Shown here: in pieces, positions 12,629 to 26,124 of the stretch
Numbering within the stretch: the first letter of the stretch is position 1
Layout of the letters: each line of letters opens with the position of its first letter
Source of the DNA: Azolla caroliniana
Taxonomy: Eukaryota; Plantae; Polypodiophyta
Direction: 5' to 3'
DNA: 64,000 bases
Assembly: GCA_043228905.1 (NCBI GenBank)
Contig: JBHGNT010000004.1
Span: 1,364,001 to 1,428,000 of the forward strand
Position numbers and translations under genes: made by a program
Notes under the pieces: generated by a model
Seen by the model: the letters and a program-made list of their open reading frames with translations, nothing else
Told to the model about the DNA's origin: nothing
The model's database searches: none

Positions 12629-13129
12629 TAACAATCAACAACGGTTTGATCCGGTTTGAGAGTGTCAAAACTAAATTGTTTAAAAAAAATTTAACTTGAA
12701 CCGAACTGGACCACGAAACCGTTTAAAAAAGTTCACATCGTTAAACCATTAAACCGTTAAAACCGTGGTTTCATGGTTCAGTTTTGGTTTTCAACTTAGG
12801 TCAAATTTAATATTTTAAATATTTTAAATATTTTAAATATTTCATTATTTAATTTTTTATTTTTCAAAATTTTAAAGATTTTCTTGGAATGTGAGAATAA
12901 GGTTTGAAAATGAAAAGATTGTTTTAAAAAAAAATTACAAATTTTTATTTTTATTTTCAAATAAATACAAAATCAATAATAAATAAATCATTTAATCATT
13001 TAAACCACGGTTTTTAATTGTTGAAACCGAACTAAACTATTTAAAAAACCTAAACTTGAACTGAACTGAACCATTAAGTTGCAGTTTCACGGTTTGATTC
13101 GGTTCAAACCGAACCGTTGCCGAGTGTTA
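12629..13129. mobile_element. Non-autonomous hAT-type MITE, copy 2 (same family, older)
   Basis: TIRs taacaatcaacaacggttt / ccgaaccgttgccgagtgtta. TSD acgccaaa/atgccaac (6 of 8 match). Removal restores the RT frame EQVKRQLIMDNGFSK...GIKQGCP. Confidence 0.85.
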
Positions 13130-15280
13130 ATGCCAACTAATAATGGATAATGGATTCTCAAAACACTTTTTAAGCAACATGGGGATCAAGCAAGGATGTC
13201 CACTATCACCCACACTCTTTGGCTTATGTATTGATAAATGAGAAGAAGTGATGAATAAGGTTGCAAGAGAAGAATGATTAAATGCCCCCAAATTGATGTA
13301 ACATGTTATCTTATTGCTTTTATATGCACATGATGTGGTACTCTTTTGATATGATGTTGATAGTATGCAACATTTACTTAGGGTATTAGAAGAATTTTGC
13401 CATAGTAGTGGACTAGTAGTGAATGTGGAGAAAACTGAGATGATGGCAAAGCCAAACCTTTCAACCCCATCATTACCTATGCACACATATAAAGGTGAAC
13501 ATATACAATTTGTTATAAACTTTAAATATCTTGGTATTGATGTACCCACCACAAATAAATGGAGTGCATGCTTGGATTCTAGGCTTCGAGCTAGTTGGAA
13601 ATCGTATTACTTTTTGGAGAACCAATGTAACCAACATGATACTTGTGGATGGGAAATAAAACTAATGTTGTTCAATGTCATGGTAACTCAAGTATTGCTT
13701 TATGTAGTAGAAGTATGGGGTGGCACCATCTCTCTTAATGCATGGAATAGATTGAGAAAATTCAAAAGATGTTTTTGAGGAGGCAATTAAGAGTTAAATG
13801 CACTACCTACCAGGTTATGCTCTTGGAAAAAGTGTTCGGCCCATAGAGATATTGGCATTCCAAAGAGTATATAGATACATTACAAAAGTCAAGAATATGC
13901 CAAATCTTCGATTACCACATCTTGCTTGGAATGTTGGATGTATACTACATTAGGGTAAAATTCTCTCATCCGATTGTGTTGTTGACGTAAGAAAATGGTT
14001 AAAAAGATGGGGTTTGGATGATCTTTTAGAGCTTTCGAGCGATGTTATGCATTATGTAATGATTTAGGAAAGGTTGGTGGAATCATTAAGATGAAGTGGG
14101 AAGATGCTAAGAGGACAAAACTAGAATATTACATTGCAAATGTCGGCCCTAAATGATGGTCTCAATATAAGGCAATAATGCTTATTGATCGTTCCAACCT
14201 TATCTCATTACCAATATGAGTAGTAATGCTCATAGAGCCCTCACACTACTCCGCACTCGATCTCACAAAGCTAGGTATTGAAGTTTCATCATGGTATCAA
14301 GATGTATTGAATTTGATGGCATATAAAGTATGCAATGAAGGCATGGTAGAGGATGAATGTCACTTGCTCTTCACATGTTCGGCATATAGTGCAAATCGTT
14401 CAAGATATGATGACATATTATGAGGGAGTGTGATAACTTAAGTGCCATACCCAAGACACCACCTAGAAGGTTGAGCTCATATGCGTATGCCTTATTCATG
14501 CATAGAGACTTTGTGCTTCAATGTATGATTACCCCTTTTTAGGAAGAAGACACATATCAAAAACATATTACATTGTATACTCTAGTCCCATAGGTCAAAA
14601 CTGGCCTGTTTATGGATGATAAAAAAGTTTCTAATTTCCAAATTCATCCGCAATAACTATTATACATATTTACTGTGTTGCATGTCATGCCTTCCAAACT
14701 ACATATCACATTGTTGTATTGAACTAACGACCTCATGCTCTCCAAACCATTGGCGCATTAATCTCAACTATGGTAGGTCGATGGACAATGCCCCTCTTTT
14801 CATACAATAAATGGTTTGGAAAATGGGATATGCTATACTCACCTCATGATGCCAATGTATCACTTTTGGGGGGAAATGTGGAGTCTCACAATTTACATAT
14901 TATATTACATATGTTGTACCAAACTACAAAACCATCTTCTAGGGCCTAATGGGCAATTGCTCATCTATGCCAAAGCCACATTCCCCTATCCATTATTTGC
15001 TTTGTTGCTACCATGGGACTTAGCTCACACAACCTCTAACCTTCTTTGTGCAATATCTCCCTCTCTATCCCTCCCACACAATCATGCAGCATCTCTTGTT
15101 GCGCAAGGACTAGTGTAGATAGGGCAATGGGTGCAACAAGGACACACATACATCAAGATGAGCCACCTACTAGCGACAATGCCGACACATAGCCGATTGC
15201 AATCTAATATGGTGAAGGTGGAGTGAGAGTGTATGTTTTTCTCATAATGTAGTTAGCAATAAAACAATATAATGTTGCAC

Positions 15281-15352
15281 GGGTGTATAGATTAGTGGTG
15301 GAGCAATTGACTGTAGTTCGATAGGTCATGAGTTCAATCCTAGTTACACCCT
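15281..15352 (+). pseudogene. tRNA-Cys(GCA)-derived pseudogene
   Basis: Acceptor stem gggtgta/tacaccc, 72 nt, decayed A and B boxes. The body resembles plant tRNA-Cys; the anticodon loop has drifted from ctgcaga to ctgtagt. Confidence 0.6.
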
Positions 15353-18300
15353 AGAGACCAAGGAAGGTCGATCCATACCATTGGTCTCATAGATACATTA
15401 AGACATTGGGTCTCATGTTTATCTTAAAAAGATATATCTCTTCTATTTATCTATCTATCTCTATACCTAGCAGAGTTAAGTGGAAAACAGAGTATTGAGT
15501 ATTTTAGGAGAAAGAAGTAACCAAAGCACATTGACAAAACAGATCACAGGTTCAAATCCAGGTCATTCCCCCCCATATCAATTCCTATGCATTAATCAGG
15601 TCTGCTTGATTTATACCCCTTTTTCCTGTGCACATCCTTGCAGATATGGTGGGCAAAAAGTTCAGAGCAGAGATGGATTGCATATTCCCTAACATAAGGA
15701 AAACATACTGGAGATCTGCAGCATGGAATTCTCTATATCAAGATACAAACCTCAATGAATGGCCGAATGTGAGATAGGACGAAGAAAACGAAGCAGAGGA
15801 TGATGATGATGATGATGATGATGAAAAAGGGGGAAACAAACGCCAGTTTCTGTAAAGATTCCTTTGACGCAAATTGGCTCCCCAGAAACCTGGATTGTTA
15901 TTCCTCACATATCTAGCAGTAACAAGCTGATGAATCTAAAAGCAGTTCCTGGTATTTAAAAGCTCGGTTTGGCCTGAAAGATGAAAGATGTGTTGCTGAG
16001 TGCCACATCTTTAATCTTGTGATATGGCCATTGAGGACCGAAATATTCTAACCAAAAAATGGTATGGTGCATGCATTGAGTTGTGTTGGTTTCATATGCC
16101 CTAAATGTTTCAAGTCTGAATTAACCTATAAGACATTACGGCTTCAAGATAGCCCTTCTGAAGATATATCATTCGCCTCCTTTATGATGTATTCGATTAC
16201 TTTGAAGAGGTTAGAGAGCAAAGTGGTCATGTTATGGTGCATTATTGCCAAATTATGTGTTTCTCAATCTATATATCATTTGGCGATCGCTTACTTAATG
16301 TGGAAACAATGTATTATAGCTTCGAAGATGCATTCAAAAATGAAAAAAGCAGCAAGAAGGGGGGATGAAAAACCCTTATATGGATTATGCTTGCCAGTTA
16401 TGGCAATGCCCAAAAAACGGGTTCATGTGATGCCGGTGAGTCCTCGGCTAATGCTTTGGATGTATCGTTTTTATACATCATTCTCCTTTGTATCTTTTGT
16501 TCCGAAGGCAATAAGTTTTGGGCTTCTTCGTTAAGCAAGTCATTGTGTGTGTGTGTGTGTGTGTGTGTGTTGTCATCAGGGTTGAAATCATGTCTTGATT
16601 GTATTCACAAAATGCGTTATGAAGACACAAATGTAATGAAGGGAGAGAATGCTACTGTCCGATTCTCTAATTAACAAAGAACTCGATGAAGAAGAAAACA
16701 GAATGAGAGGAGTGAATTCTAGTACTAGCAAAGAGCATGAATTAGACAAATGTGGTAAATGTGGGTTCGAATCATAACAAGTGAAACAAAAATCGGTCAA
16801 GGATGAAGATTTAGAAAGGATTTAGACAGCTTGGAGAAGGAAACTAGAAGGGTAGCATCTCAGGATATATGGATTATGTCATGTATCAAATCGCGAGTAA
16901 TGGAGGGATTATTTCGGCAAGAATTCCAGCAAAGCGAGATGGATGGAATTTACTGTAGAGGAAGTTGTTCCTTTTAGGGGAATTAATAACTTCCAAAGGC
17001 TCATTTGGGAATGCAGATGGTATTGTTTTTTTATATCCAGATAATTCAATGGGCTCATCTTCACCTCATATTTTGTCCATTTCAGATGCTTTGACAATCT
17101 CATCATCTCCAACATTGTTATGAGGTCTTTTCATGAAGCCAAATGACCACTTGTAATCCTTCACATGCTTGTTTCTTGACGGGGTGGTGGCAGGAGTTGA
17201 ACACATGACCTTTCGGATTATAAGCAAAGAACCCAAAAGCCCTAGAGCTAATCCTAGGCCCAAAGACAAACATTTTCTATTGTGTTGTCTTGTAACTAAA
17301 AATTTTATTTATGTCCTATTGTTTTGTTGATCAGGTAGTGACTCATGACGGAAGGTCGTGAACTAGGAGAGTTCTTGAAACCAATTTTAATCACACAAGA
17401 ATAATGAAAATAAATATATCAAACCAATCCACTCAAAGAATCATTGAAAGGTTACAATTTTGGGGAACTCTGTGGTGTATCATGCAATTGTAAATACACA
17501 AATTCCTTCATTTTTATGAAGGTTTTTGGGTTGTGATTTTATTTTTCACGTATCTGTGTATGATTCAATATTCATCTGCTGGAATCTATTATCTGAACAG
17601 AAATATAGTGGAACGTCTGAGGGAAAAACCTCAAATTAATCATTTTGCATATATAATGAACCTTTGTGTTTTGGTTTTGTGTTATTTGACAATCTTTATA
17701 TAAAGCTCCCACAACTATAATCACAGAAGCATGTTAGGAGCATATCATTCCCTATATTACAATTGAATTCACCACTCTAAAAATATAATGAAATTTTGTG
17801 TTATTTAACTATCTCATCTTTGCATTTACCCAACTTCTCTATGATTGTAGCGAGGCTTAGCATCATCTTCGACACAAATATAGGTTGTGTTGTATGGTGA
17901 GGCTCTTGGAACTTCATCCACCTCAAACTCTATTATGTCCAATAGATACAAGTGAATTGTGTTTAACCTTGATGTGTTCCTTTTCACTTTGATATTCAAT
18001 AGTACATCATCATTTCATGATCTCACGTTTTAGGACATACCTTTGTGTCAAATCTATTAATGCCATCAAAGTCAAAGATAAAACTCAAAAATTGTGGCAC
18101 AATATCCTTGGATTTTTATATTATCTAAGAGAATGCAATTTGATAGTTACGACAACAGATGAAATTGTTTGGACCACGATTGAATGAGACAATACAACAT
18201 AATGTGATTGTAATTAAAATAAGAATATTGTTGGCATTTCACACAACAAAGGACAACAATAGTTGTATAAGGCCAAAATGCTCTAAAACTAGACATGTGA

Positions 18301-21300
18301 TCTCGCCACTCTTACTATGGATATGATTAGTCATGAATCAATGACTTTTTTAATCCAAATCTCTTAAATGATTGTAGATTACAACTCTTCACATGCATCC
18401 AAGTTCAATCATAATTACTTAATAGAAAAATATTGAAAGTTTCCTAATTGACACTTCACACATTGATGACATATTTCTCTCCTTAATTTCCATGATATTA
18501 TAACTAGGTCATGATTTTCATCCAGAGGTCTTTGTCACTTAATCCCACTAATTTGAATATGTCACTTATTCTACCCAAAACCATACAAAGAACATCCATA
18601 TACAATAGGTATTGGCAGCTGAAAAATGCAAGAGTTTAAGTTTTTCTTTTGTGTTTTAATGCTAATGGCCAAATAAGCACTAGATCTCTTGTCATCGCAT
18701 AAAGTGCATTCAAGCAAGATTGGAACACGTGACCACTAGTACATGGTTTTAAACTATGTATATTATATATTGTCAATGAACCCTTAACATGCAGTCATTT
18801 TCCTTGATTTTGCATTGACTTTCATATAAAGCAATCATAGCATAGTTGTGGATTAGTGCTTATAAAAGGCCCACAGAGTTAGCATGGAAAACCACACGCC
18901 TTCCTTGGTCAATTTTATGACATATTATCCAAAGTCATTTGCTTGGGGTGATTTGCTCAAAGTTTGATTTTATTGGATGAGATTAGCAATTTCTTCACTT
19001 TCTATGAATGGTTGACCAATTTCATGGTTGTATAAATTTCCTCTTCATTTTCCCTTTTTGGTAGCATTAATGATAAATGTCTCCAATGTTATTGTATCTC
19101 CCATAAAAGAAAATCTTGGCAAGGTGGTAGAGTTAGTTACATTTCAGTGTTGTAAAAAATAAAAATTGTTCAAGGATCAGATGTGATACATAACTTATGA
19201 ATGGGTGTTCTCAATATCACATAATTCTCATGTATTATGTTACCTACTTATAATGTATGTTTCATAAAGGAATTTAGTAGTCAAGTTGTCATTGTCTTGG
19301 CTCGAATATGTTGACTAACCTGACCATCGATATGAGCTTCCTAATATTTACAGGCTTTCTACAATTCACATTACAACTATTATTTTGTAAGTTCTCAACA
19401 ATGTTACCAACACTTTGTACATGTTGAGTAGGATGAAGTTAATAACAATAGTAATGATAACAATCATGAAATGTTAGTCATCCCATCAACTTTTGAGCTT
19501 TTTTCATACATTATTCATTTAAACTGAATCATGGTAGCACATGTATTTTAGTCCCTCTATGCACTTTACTTTTCATTTACCATGTTTTTTAATTTAGTCA
19601 CTTTGCATATAAATAAATTGTTTTTAAAAAATGAGCTAAAAAGAATTCAAGATTGTGATTTGGATCAACATTGTGAACGAGGGCTACATATAAAATCATT
19701 GCATGGAGTAACTAACGTGAGCAAGTTTTGAGTTGCCAATGCAAAGAGCATGACACAAAAGAATAATAATAAAATCAACATTTCCTCACAAAAGAGACGC
19801 CTTAGGGAATGCATGGGTAATGATCCGGAATCTTATGGGGAACTAGATCATTTGTTGAGGAATTTAAACCAAGAATTCATTATCGTTGAGCAACTTTGAA
19901 CATAAATGAACATGAACATAAATGTGGGAGATCACATAATCGCAAGCACAACTCACATTTTTAAAAAGGGGGTCTACAGAAATTATCTTCGAACGTTGGC
20001 TATGTCACATGAAATTAGTCTACAAAGAAATATTGATACTAGATAACATGACATAAAGGTTGCACCCTTAGTTATAACACCAACACCCATCTTCATTTCT
20101 AACTTGGAAACGAGTGGAATCATATTTATAATGCAAACTATTGAGTATGATCCTTCTTATTAAGTTCTTTATCTTCATAGAATTTTCATAAGTCGAGTTG
20201 TGTATGTAGGAAATTAGAACTAAAGCCAGCAATGGAAGTGTTTCTACAAAGAGAACTTTGTTTGGTCACAAGCCCAATATATATTATTAAGTGTCGAATC
20301 ATTCTATTGAAGCACACCACATCTTATTCTTTTCAAATTATCTTCTAAAGTAAATTCAAATATTTGTTTCTCTCTTGTGGCAAATGCTTCATAAACTATT
20401 TCAACTAGAATATTGGCATGTGAAAATATTTGCATGTCTAAAGTCCAATTAACCTAATCCTAGGATTTCTTACGATAATAAAAAACCAATCCAAGTTTTA
20501 CACAAGATAAAATAATTGTAATGAAATCAATCTCAGAGAAATGTTGGATCATGATCTTGTACTCAAATCATAGTGTATAAATTTTATTATCGTGGTGATA
20601 AAAACAACATACGGTAATGCGAAGTGAAATGTATCTTAAACAAAACCTTTAAATTTGTTCTTTACTACCCTTTTGCGAAGCTTAATCAATGATCTCGTTT
20701 TGACCAAGAGGGTAAGGTTTAACTCGAGGTTGAATACTTCGATAAATGTAAGGTTTTCCTACATTTAAGCAAATTCAAGGATGCATGGGGATCCTTTCAC
20801 CATATCTTATTGTACTCTCAAATTTTAATATAATTTGGCAAGCTTGATAGAATAATTTCTCCTCCACTCCCTCACATTGAGTTTATCACATACATCTCTT
20901 TTATCTTTCAAAAAGTCACACATACCTAAGTCTACTTGGAAATATTTTAATGATGTCTAAAAGTCAAGATACAAATGCCATACATGCTCCAAAATCTTGA
21001 GACTGGATCGCTCTCCGTTAAGATCATCATCATCGACAAGGTTCTTGAGTACATGCTTAGGGCTCAAAAAAACTAAGATAGACTTCCTCGAATCACTTTG
21101 GGGTGCAAGAGTTACTATCTCTTTCGTTACATACTTTGCGTGGATAGAGAGACAACACATCCGAATTGCACAATGATGTGTTTGTTGTTCTCACATAGTT
21201 GCATTAGGGATTAGTTACATTTTCCGAAACCCTTCATTGTCATAATTATGCTCATTAGATATCAATCGTGGAATGGTTCACCTCCAAAGGGAAAATCGTG

Positions 21301-22033
21301 TATGGTGGGTTACTATTGGGAAATTGTGTGATTATACTGGTTTATCATGAACCCACATGCACTCAACTCCGAGTTATCACACCTCATTTTTATGCTTAGA
21401 GTTACAGGACTTTGGAAGCATTATGGGTATGTTGCTTTCCAAAGAGGCAGAAAATCATCATCAAGACATTACCTTCACGAGCACAATCTTAGGGTATTGC
21501 ATCGTGGAATATTTGGAAGAATTGATGCTAGCATATATATGACATTAAGACACGATATACATAAGAAACCTTAGCTATCATACAAATTGGGTTGCATTCA
21601 CAACTCTAGGGATATGTGTGGACGGCTTTCAAGGGCCCTTCGAAGTCAATTGTGAATAGAAACATATCTCATTCACCATTAGGACTCATTCTTGCTTCTT
21701 TTTTGTCGATTTTGTTGCTAGTGAGCTAGTATGACAATAAACTCCACAACCACTTGCTTATATTCTCCTACATGGGTCTTCACACTGTTAGTCGCGGATA
21801 TTAGGCATGACTTCTATTCTTGTACTCTCTCTCCTAGTGTTCAAGCTTCCACAACATTGGTCTTATCGAGTTATAAAGATTAAGTTAATAATGTGGGCGA
21901 GTTCCCCAAGATCGATATAGCGAATACATACTCCTCATTGGCAAATTCGGAAGAGCCTTGGTCAAGCAAGAGCATCCAAGCCACGGCAACCCGCGGATCA
22001 GGGTCTGCGGGTCCATGACGCCGCCTTGCGGAT

Positions 22034-22121
22034 GGAACATTCTAGAAGTGGAATGGAACATTCTAGAAGGGGAATGGAACATTCTAGAACATTCTAGAAA
22101 TAGAATGGAACATTCTAGAAA
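22034..22121. promoter_or_regulatory. Array of perfect heat-shock-element motifs (nGAAnnTTCnnGAAn) upstream of cytochrome b5
   Basis: Four ggaacattctagaa blocks, one extended to GAAcaTTCtaGAAcaTTCtaGAA, about 255-340 bp upstream of the ATG at 22376. Confidence 0.55.
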
Positions 22122-22375
22122 GACCTTTGGATTAGATGGAAGTTCCAATGTGGGTGTGCTGAATCTTTGTGTGTGAGAGAGAGACAGAGACAGAGATGTG
22201 AACAAAAAGGAGGCACAAAACAGAACAGAAAAACCTCATGTCCTTCTCTTTCTCCCTCCATTTCATCAAATAACAACAGGGACCTCTCCATCACTCTGCA
22301 TCGCCGTTTTCTCTTCTGCTTCTTCTCTTTATTACTCCTTTTGTCTTCTCCTGATCTTGTTTTTCTTATTCTCTC

Positions 22376-24142
22376 ATGGCCCATGATTCGCCCAACAGCA
22401 ATAACATCTACACATTCTCTCATGTCTCGGAGCATAATCACTCTAAAGATTGCTGGCTCATTATCTCTGGCAAGGTACGTCGGTTAAATTCAAATTGATC
22501 GAATCAATGAATCAATCTACTCCATGAATGAATCAACGTCTGTCCCTCTACCCATCTTTACACACGTTTAATCTCTGTTTTCTTTTCCAAGCCTTTTTGT
22601 TTCCATGGATTCATGAATTTAGGGAGCTTAATTCGTTACTTCTCATAAAACTCGTTTGATTTTTCCTCAAGGTTTCTTTCTTTTCTCTGCATGTCAAAAA
22701 TCGACTGATTGGAAATAGTTATTCTTAATTCAAAGTGGTGCGTGGTTTCTGTTTTATTATCACAGATGGGGTTGTTTTGTTTAGCATACGAGGTTATTCC
22801 TCGGACCCATCCATGCATATGAACATGTGCATGTGTTTGTATAGAAAGGGACATATGGAAAATGTATGCCATATATATATATATATAACATACACATACA
22901 CATACACATACACATAACATACGTCTGATAGATGGAGTGTAACAATAATATGCCATATCTTGGATATGTGTATGCATAAACATGTATATACATGTATGCA
23001 TACACATGTATATACACCATCCATGTAAACATCCAGACCCACATTAAGGTATGTGGATATGTACATCCACATAACATACTTTCGATAGATGGATAGATGG
23101 AGTGTAACAATAATATGCCATATATTGGGTATGTGTATGCATACACATGTATACACATCCACACACACATTAATGTATGTGGATATGTACATCCACATAA
23201 CATACATCGGATAGATGGAGTGTAACAATAATATGCCATATCATGGATATGTGTATGCATACACATCCATGTAAACATACAGACCCACATTAATGTATGT
23301 GGATATGTGTTTGTTATGCATATGTGATGCGGAGTTTGTGTATGCGATTGCTCCTGTCGATACATATGCATACCAATTTGCAAGGAATTATGCATTTCAA
23401 TATGGGTTTTAGTTTCCAGCTCTTTGATAGTAATTGCAGTTAAGTTCAAGTTTGTATCTTTGTATGTAGAAGTTTCCATTCTTTTTATGTTGTAACATAA
23501 CCAGATCATTCTGATATCCAAATGTCTGGCTTTAATAAAATCTAATGTATAGAATAATAACCTTAACCACAATCTATCACATTCTGGTGCCTGTATTGTA
23601 AAATGTTTATGTGCAGATAAGTGTGTTATTGATTCCAATCAATTATTTTACAATTTTATTTGCATAAATGTGCATTTTGATCACATGTATATGTCATGGA
23701 ATAATCATTATACAGGTCTATGATGTGACAAAGTTTCTGGATGAGCATCCCGGGGGCGATGAAGTACTACTATCAGCCACAGGTAATCTCATTCATATGT
23801 TAAATTCAACCGGAAAAATGCCTTGGAAGCCCAAATCGTGGACACACGGGGAGATATGATAAGAATGTATTTGTGCACTTAATAACAGGCAAAGATGCGA
23901 CCACTGATTTCGAGGATGTGGGACATAGCACGAGTGCGAAAGCGATGATGGACGATTATTACATCGGGGAGGTTGATCCGACAACTATTCCGGAACGGAA
24001 GCCATATGTTCCTGCCATACAACCTCCTTACAACCCAGACAAGACGACCGAGTTCCTGATCAAAATCTTGCAGGTCCTGGTTCCGCTCGCAATCTTGGGC
24101 CTGGCGATTGCGGTTCGGATCTTTACGAAAGCCAGGGAATAG
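22376..24142 (+). CDS. CB5: Cytochrome b5, tail-anchored, 139 aa
   Basis: Exons 22376-22474, 23716-23782 and 23889-24142 total 420 nt. Motifs HNHSKDCWLIISGKVYDVT, EHPGGDEVL and FEDVGHS, plus a C-terminal TM helix. Confidence 0.96.
22900..23320. repeat. Intronic minisatellite, 3 units of ~120-165 bp in a (CA/TA)-rich setting
   Basis: Core gatagatggagtgtaacaataatatgccatat recurs at ~22927, ~23092 and ~23210. Confidence 0.8.
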
Positions 24143-24620
24143 AATGATTAGGTTGATCAAGAACAATGGTTATGATGTATTCCTACTGCCTTTGCATAAA
24201 TGTGAGAGCTTCACTCTTAAAGGACTGATCTTTATCTCATATATATAATATATATGTATATGAGATATATACACACACACATATATAGATAATTCATGTG
24301 AATAAGTTAATAGTTACTTAGTCTTGTTTCCCAGCTTACAGAATTAGTTTAGGGACAATGAGCAGAAAAATCTCTGGTTTGTTGCCGAATTTCACTCCAC
24401 TCCTCCGACAGAATTTTTTGTACCAAAAGTTCTGATGTTTAATCAAAGTGTTCATTTGCACTCAATTGGCAAATAATTCAACAGAAAAAATAAAAGCTAA
24501 TATATTCCTGTCTTACATTATGCATTTTTATCGACAGTTTGCATCTAGAATGGCTGTTACTTTGCAAATTACCATCTGTTCAAAGCTGTACATCCCACTG
24601 TTCCAGTCATATATATATAT

Positions 24621-24655
<35 letters not shown>

Positions 24656-25475
24656 TAGATATATAGATATTTGTATGTGTGTCATTACCGTCTGTTTCGC
24701 ACATTATGAATGAATCCAATGAGGTAAGTGATTTTCAAACGTATCCAAGTCATCCAATGTGATTGGAATTTATGCAGCACCTCGGCTGCAACGTATAAAG
24801 CCGATGAGAGACTAGCATAATAATACACCTTAAATATACGTATACATCTCTATGGGTGCTACATCCTTCTTAAGAGCCCTTCTTGTTGGGAAAACCTACT
24901 AATCGGAATGTGTCAAGCTCTCACGATCATCACGCTGTGCGAGCCCATGAATCCCTTATATATGAGTGTATTGGTAGTAATTTGTTTCTCCTTGCATTTT
25001 CCATTTTCACTCGGATCGTTCGGAGCTGTCTTTTGGAAAAAGCTAGGATGATGAAAACCTTGTTGGCTAGGCAATGATTCATTACATTTACACTGAAAAA
25101 CATACATATACATATAGCATACACATACACCTTAAATCAAACACTTACACAAACACATAAAACATATGACATGATATAACAGGCTTTCGTGACTATCCCA
25201 CCGTCCTGGGAAAGAATTGATTTAAAATTGAAATAAATAAATTTCTCTAAAAGAACACATAAAAACATTTAAATAGGAAAAAATAGTAAAAAAAATGCAC
25301 CTGCCTGATCCACACCCGACATGGCTCTATATATGGCTATAACGGGTTTTTGTGTTATTTGTGTCTCAGATTAAGGGTGATTTTTTTACCCCAATCTAGG
25401 TGCTTGGATTTTTGTTCAAATGTTGTTACAGAAAAATGGGTTTATCTATCTTAATATGATCTGCTTTTTCACAAG

Positions 25476-25548
25476 GCCGGCCTAGCTCAGCTGGTAGAGC
25501 GCAAGGCTCTTAACCTTGTGGTCATGGGTTCGAGCCCCATGGCCGGCG
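25476..25548 (+). tRNA. tRNA-Lys(CUU)
   Basis: 73 nt cloverleaf, acceptor stem gccggcc/ggccggc, anticodon loop ctcttaa, T stem atggg/cccat, upstream CAA and downstream T-tract. Confidence 0.95.
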
Positions 25549-25701
25549 CCTTTTGTTTTTCTCAAACAAAAACCTCTCTCTCTCTTGCCTTATCTAAATA
25601 AAAGTACCATCAAGCATATATGTACCATTGTCTTGCCTCTTTTATTATTTCTGTCAACCTCTAATCCCCCCCCCCCCCCCCCCACCTTTCCCCTTTTTCT
25701 T

Positions 25702-26124
25702 TGCAAATTATTTCTATCCCAGAAAAAGAGTTCACAAAGAATCAAGCCCACGTGTTACGAATTCTCACGAGAAGCACCATTGCTTTCAGTTGGGGAGAAC
25801 TAGTGACATCCTCAATTTCCAAGGGCCAAGAATCTTGTATGCAAATGATTTCTATCCCAAAAGACGAGTTGACAAGAATCAACCCACCCCACGTGTTACG
25901 AATTCTCACGAGAAGCACCATGCTTTCAGTTGGGGAGAACTAGTGACATCCTCAATTTCCAAGGGCCAAGAATCTTGTATGCAAATGATTTCTATCCCAA
26001 AAGACGAGTTGACAAGAATCAACCCACCCCACGTGTTACGAATTCTCTTACCACGAGAACCACCATGCTTTTTAGTTGGGGAGAATTCGTGACATCCTCA
26101 TTTTCCAAGGGCCAAGAATCTTAT
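25702..26124. repeat. Tandem repeat, ~140 bp x3
   Basis: Units start at 25702, 25841 and 25981 (gcaaat[t/g]atttctatccc...ccaagggccaagaatctt). A C18 run precedes them. Confidence 0.92.

Larger units (their letters stand above)
9351..14625 (+). mobile_element. Degenerate RTEX-like LINE (ORF1 remnant plus APE-RT-Cys/His ORF2) carrying three nested insertions
   Basis: ORF1 remnant AHRVGKK...YLKGTSFFVTEDRSP. ORF2 has KIIFWNYRG (10155), FVDFKKA (~12465), GIKQGCPLSPTLFG (~13182), LLYAHDVV, FKYLG and EDECHLLFTCSAY (~14350). Many stops and frameshifts. Confidence 0.8.

Noticed and set aside
16800-21880. Possible decayed transposase or retroelement coding remnants
   Set aside because: No diagnostic motif or terminus could be identified by eye, so it is left unannotated.
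22034-22121. CRISPR-like short repeat array
   Set aside because: The spacers are only ~7 nt and near-identical, there are no cas genes, and the context is eukaryotic.
22781-23638. 285-aa and 144-aa minus-strand ORFs
   Set aside because: They are translations of the (CA/TA)-rich minisatellite in CB5 intron 1.
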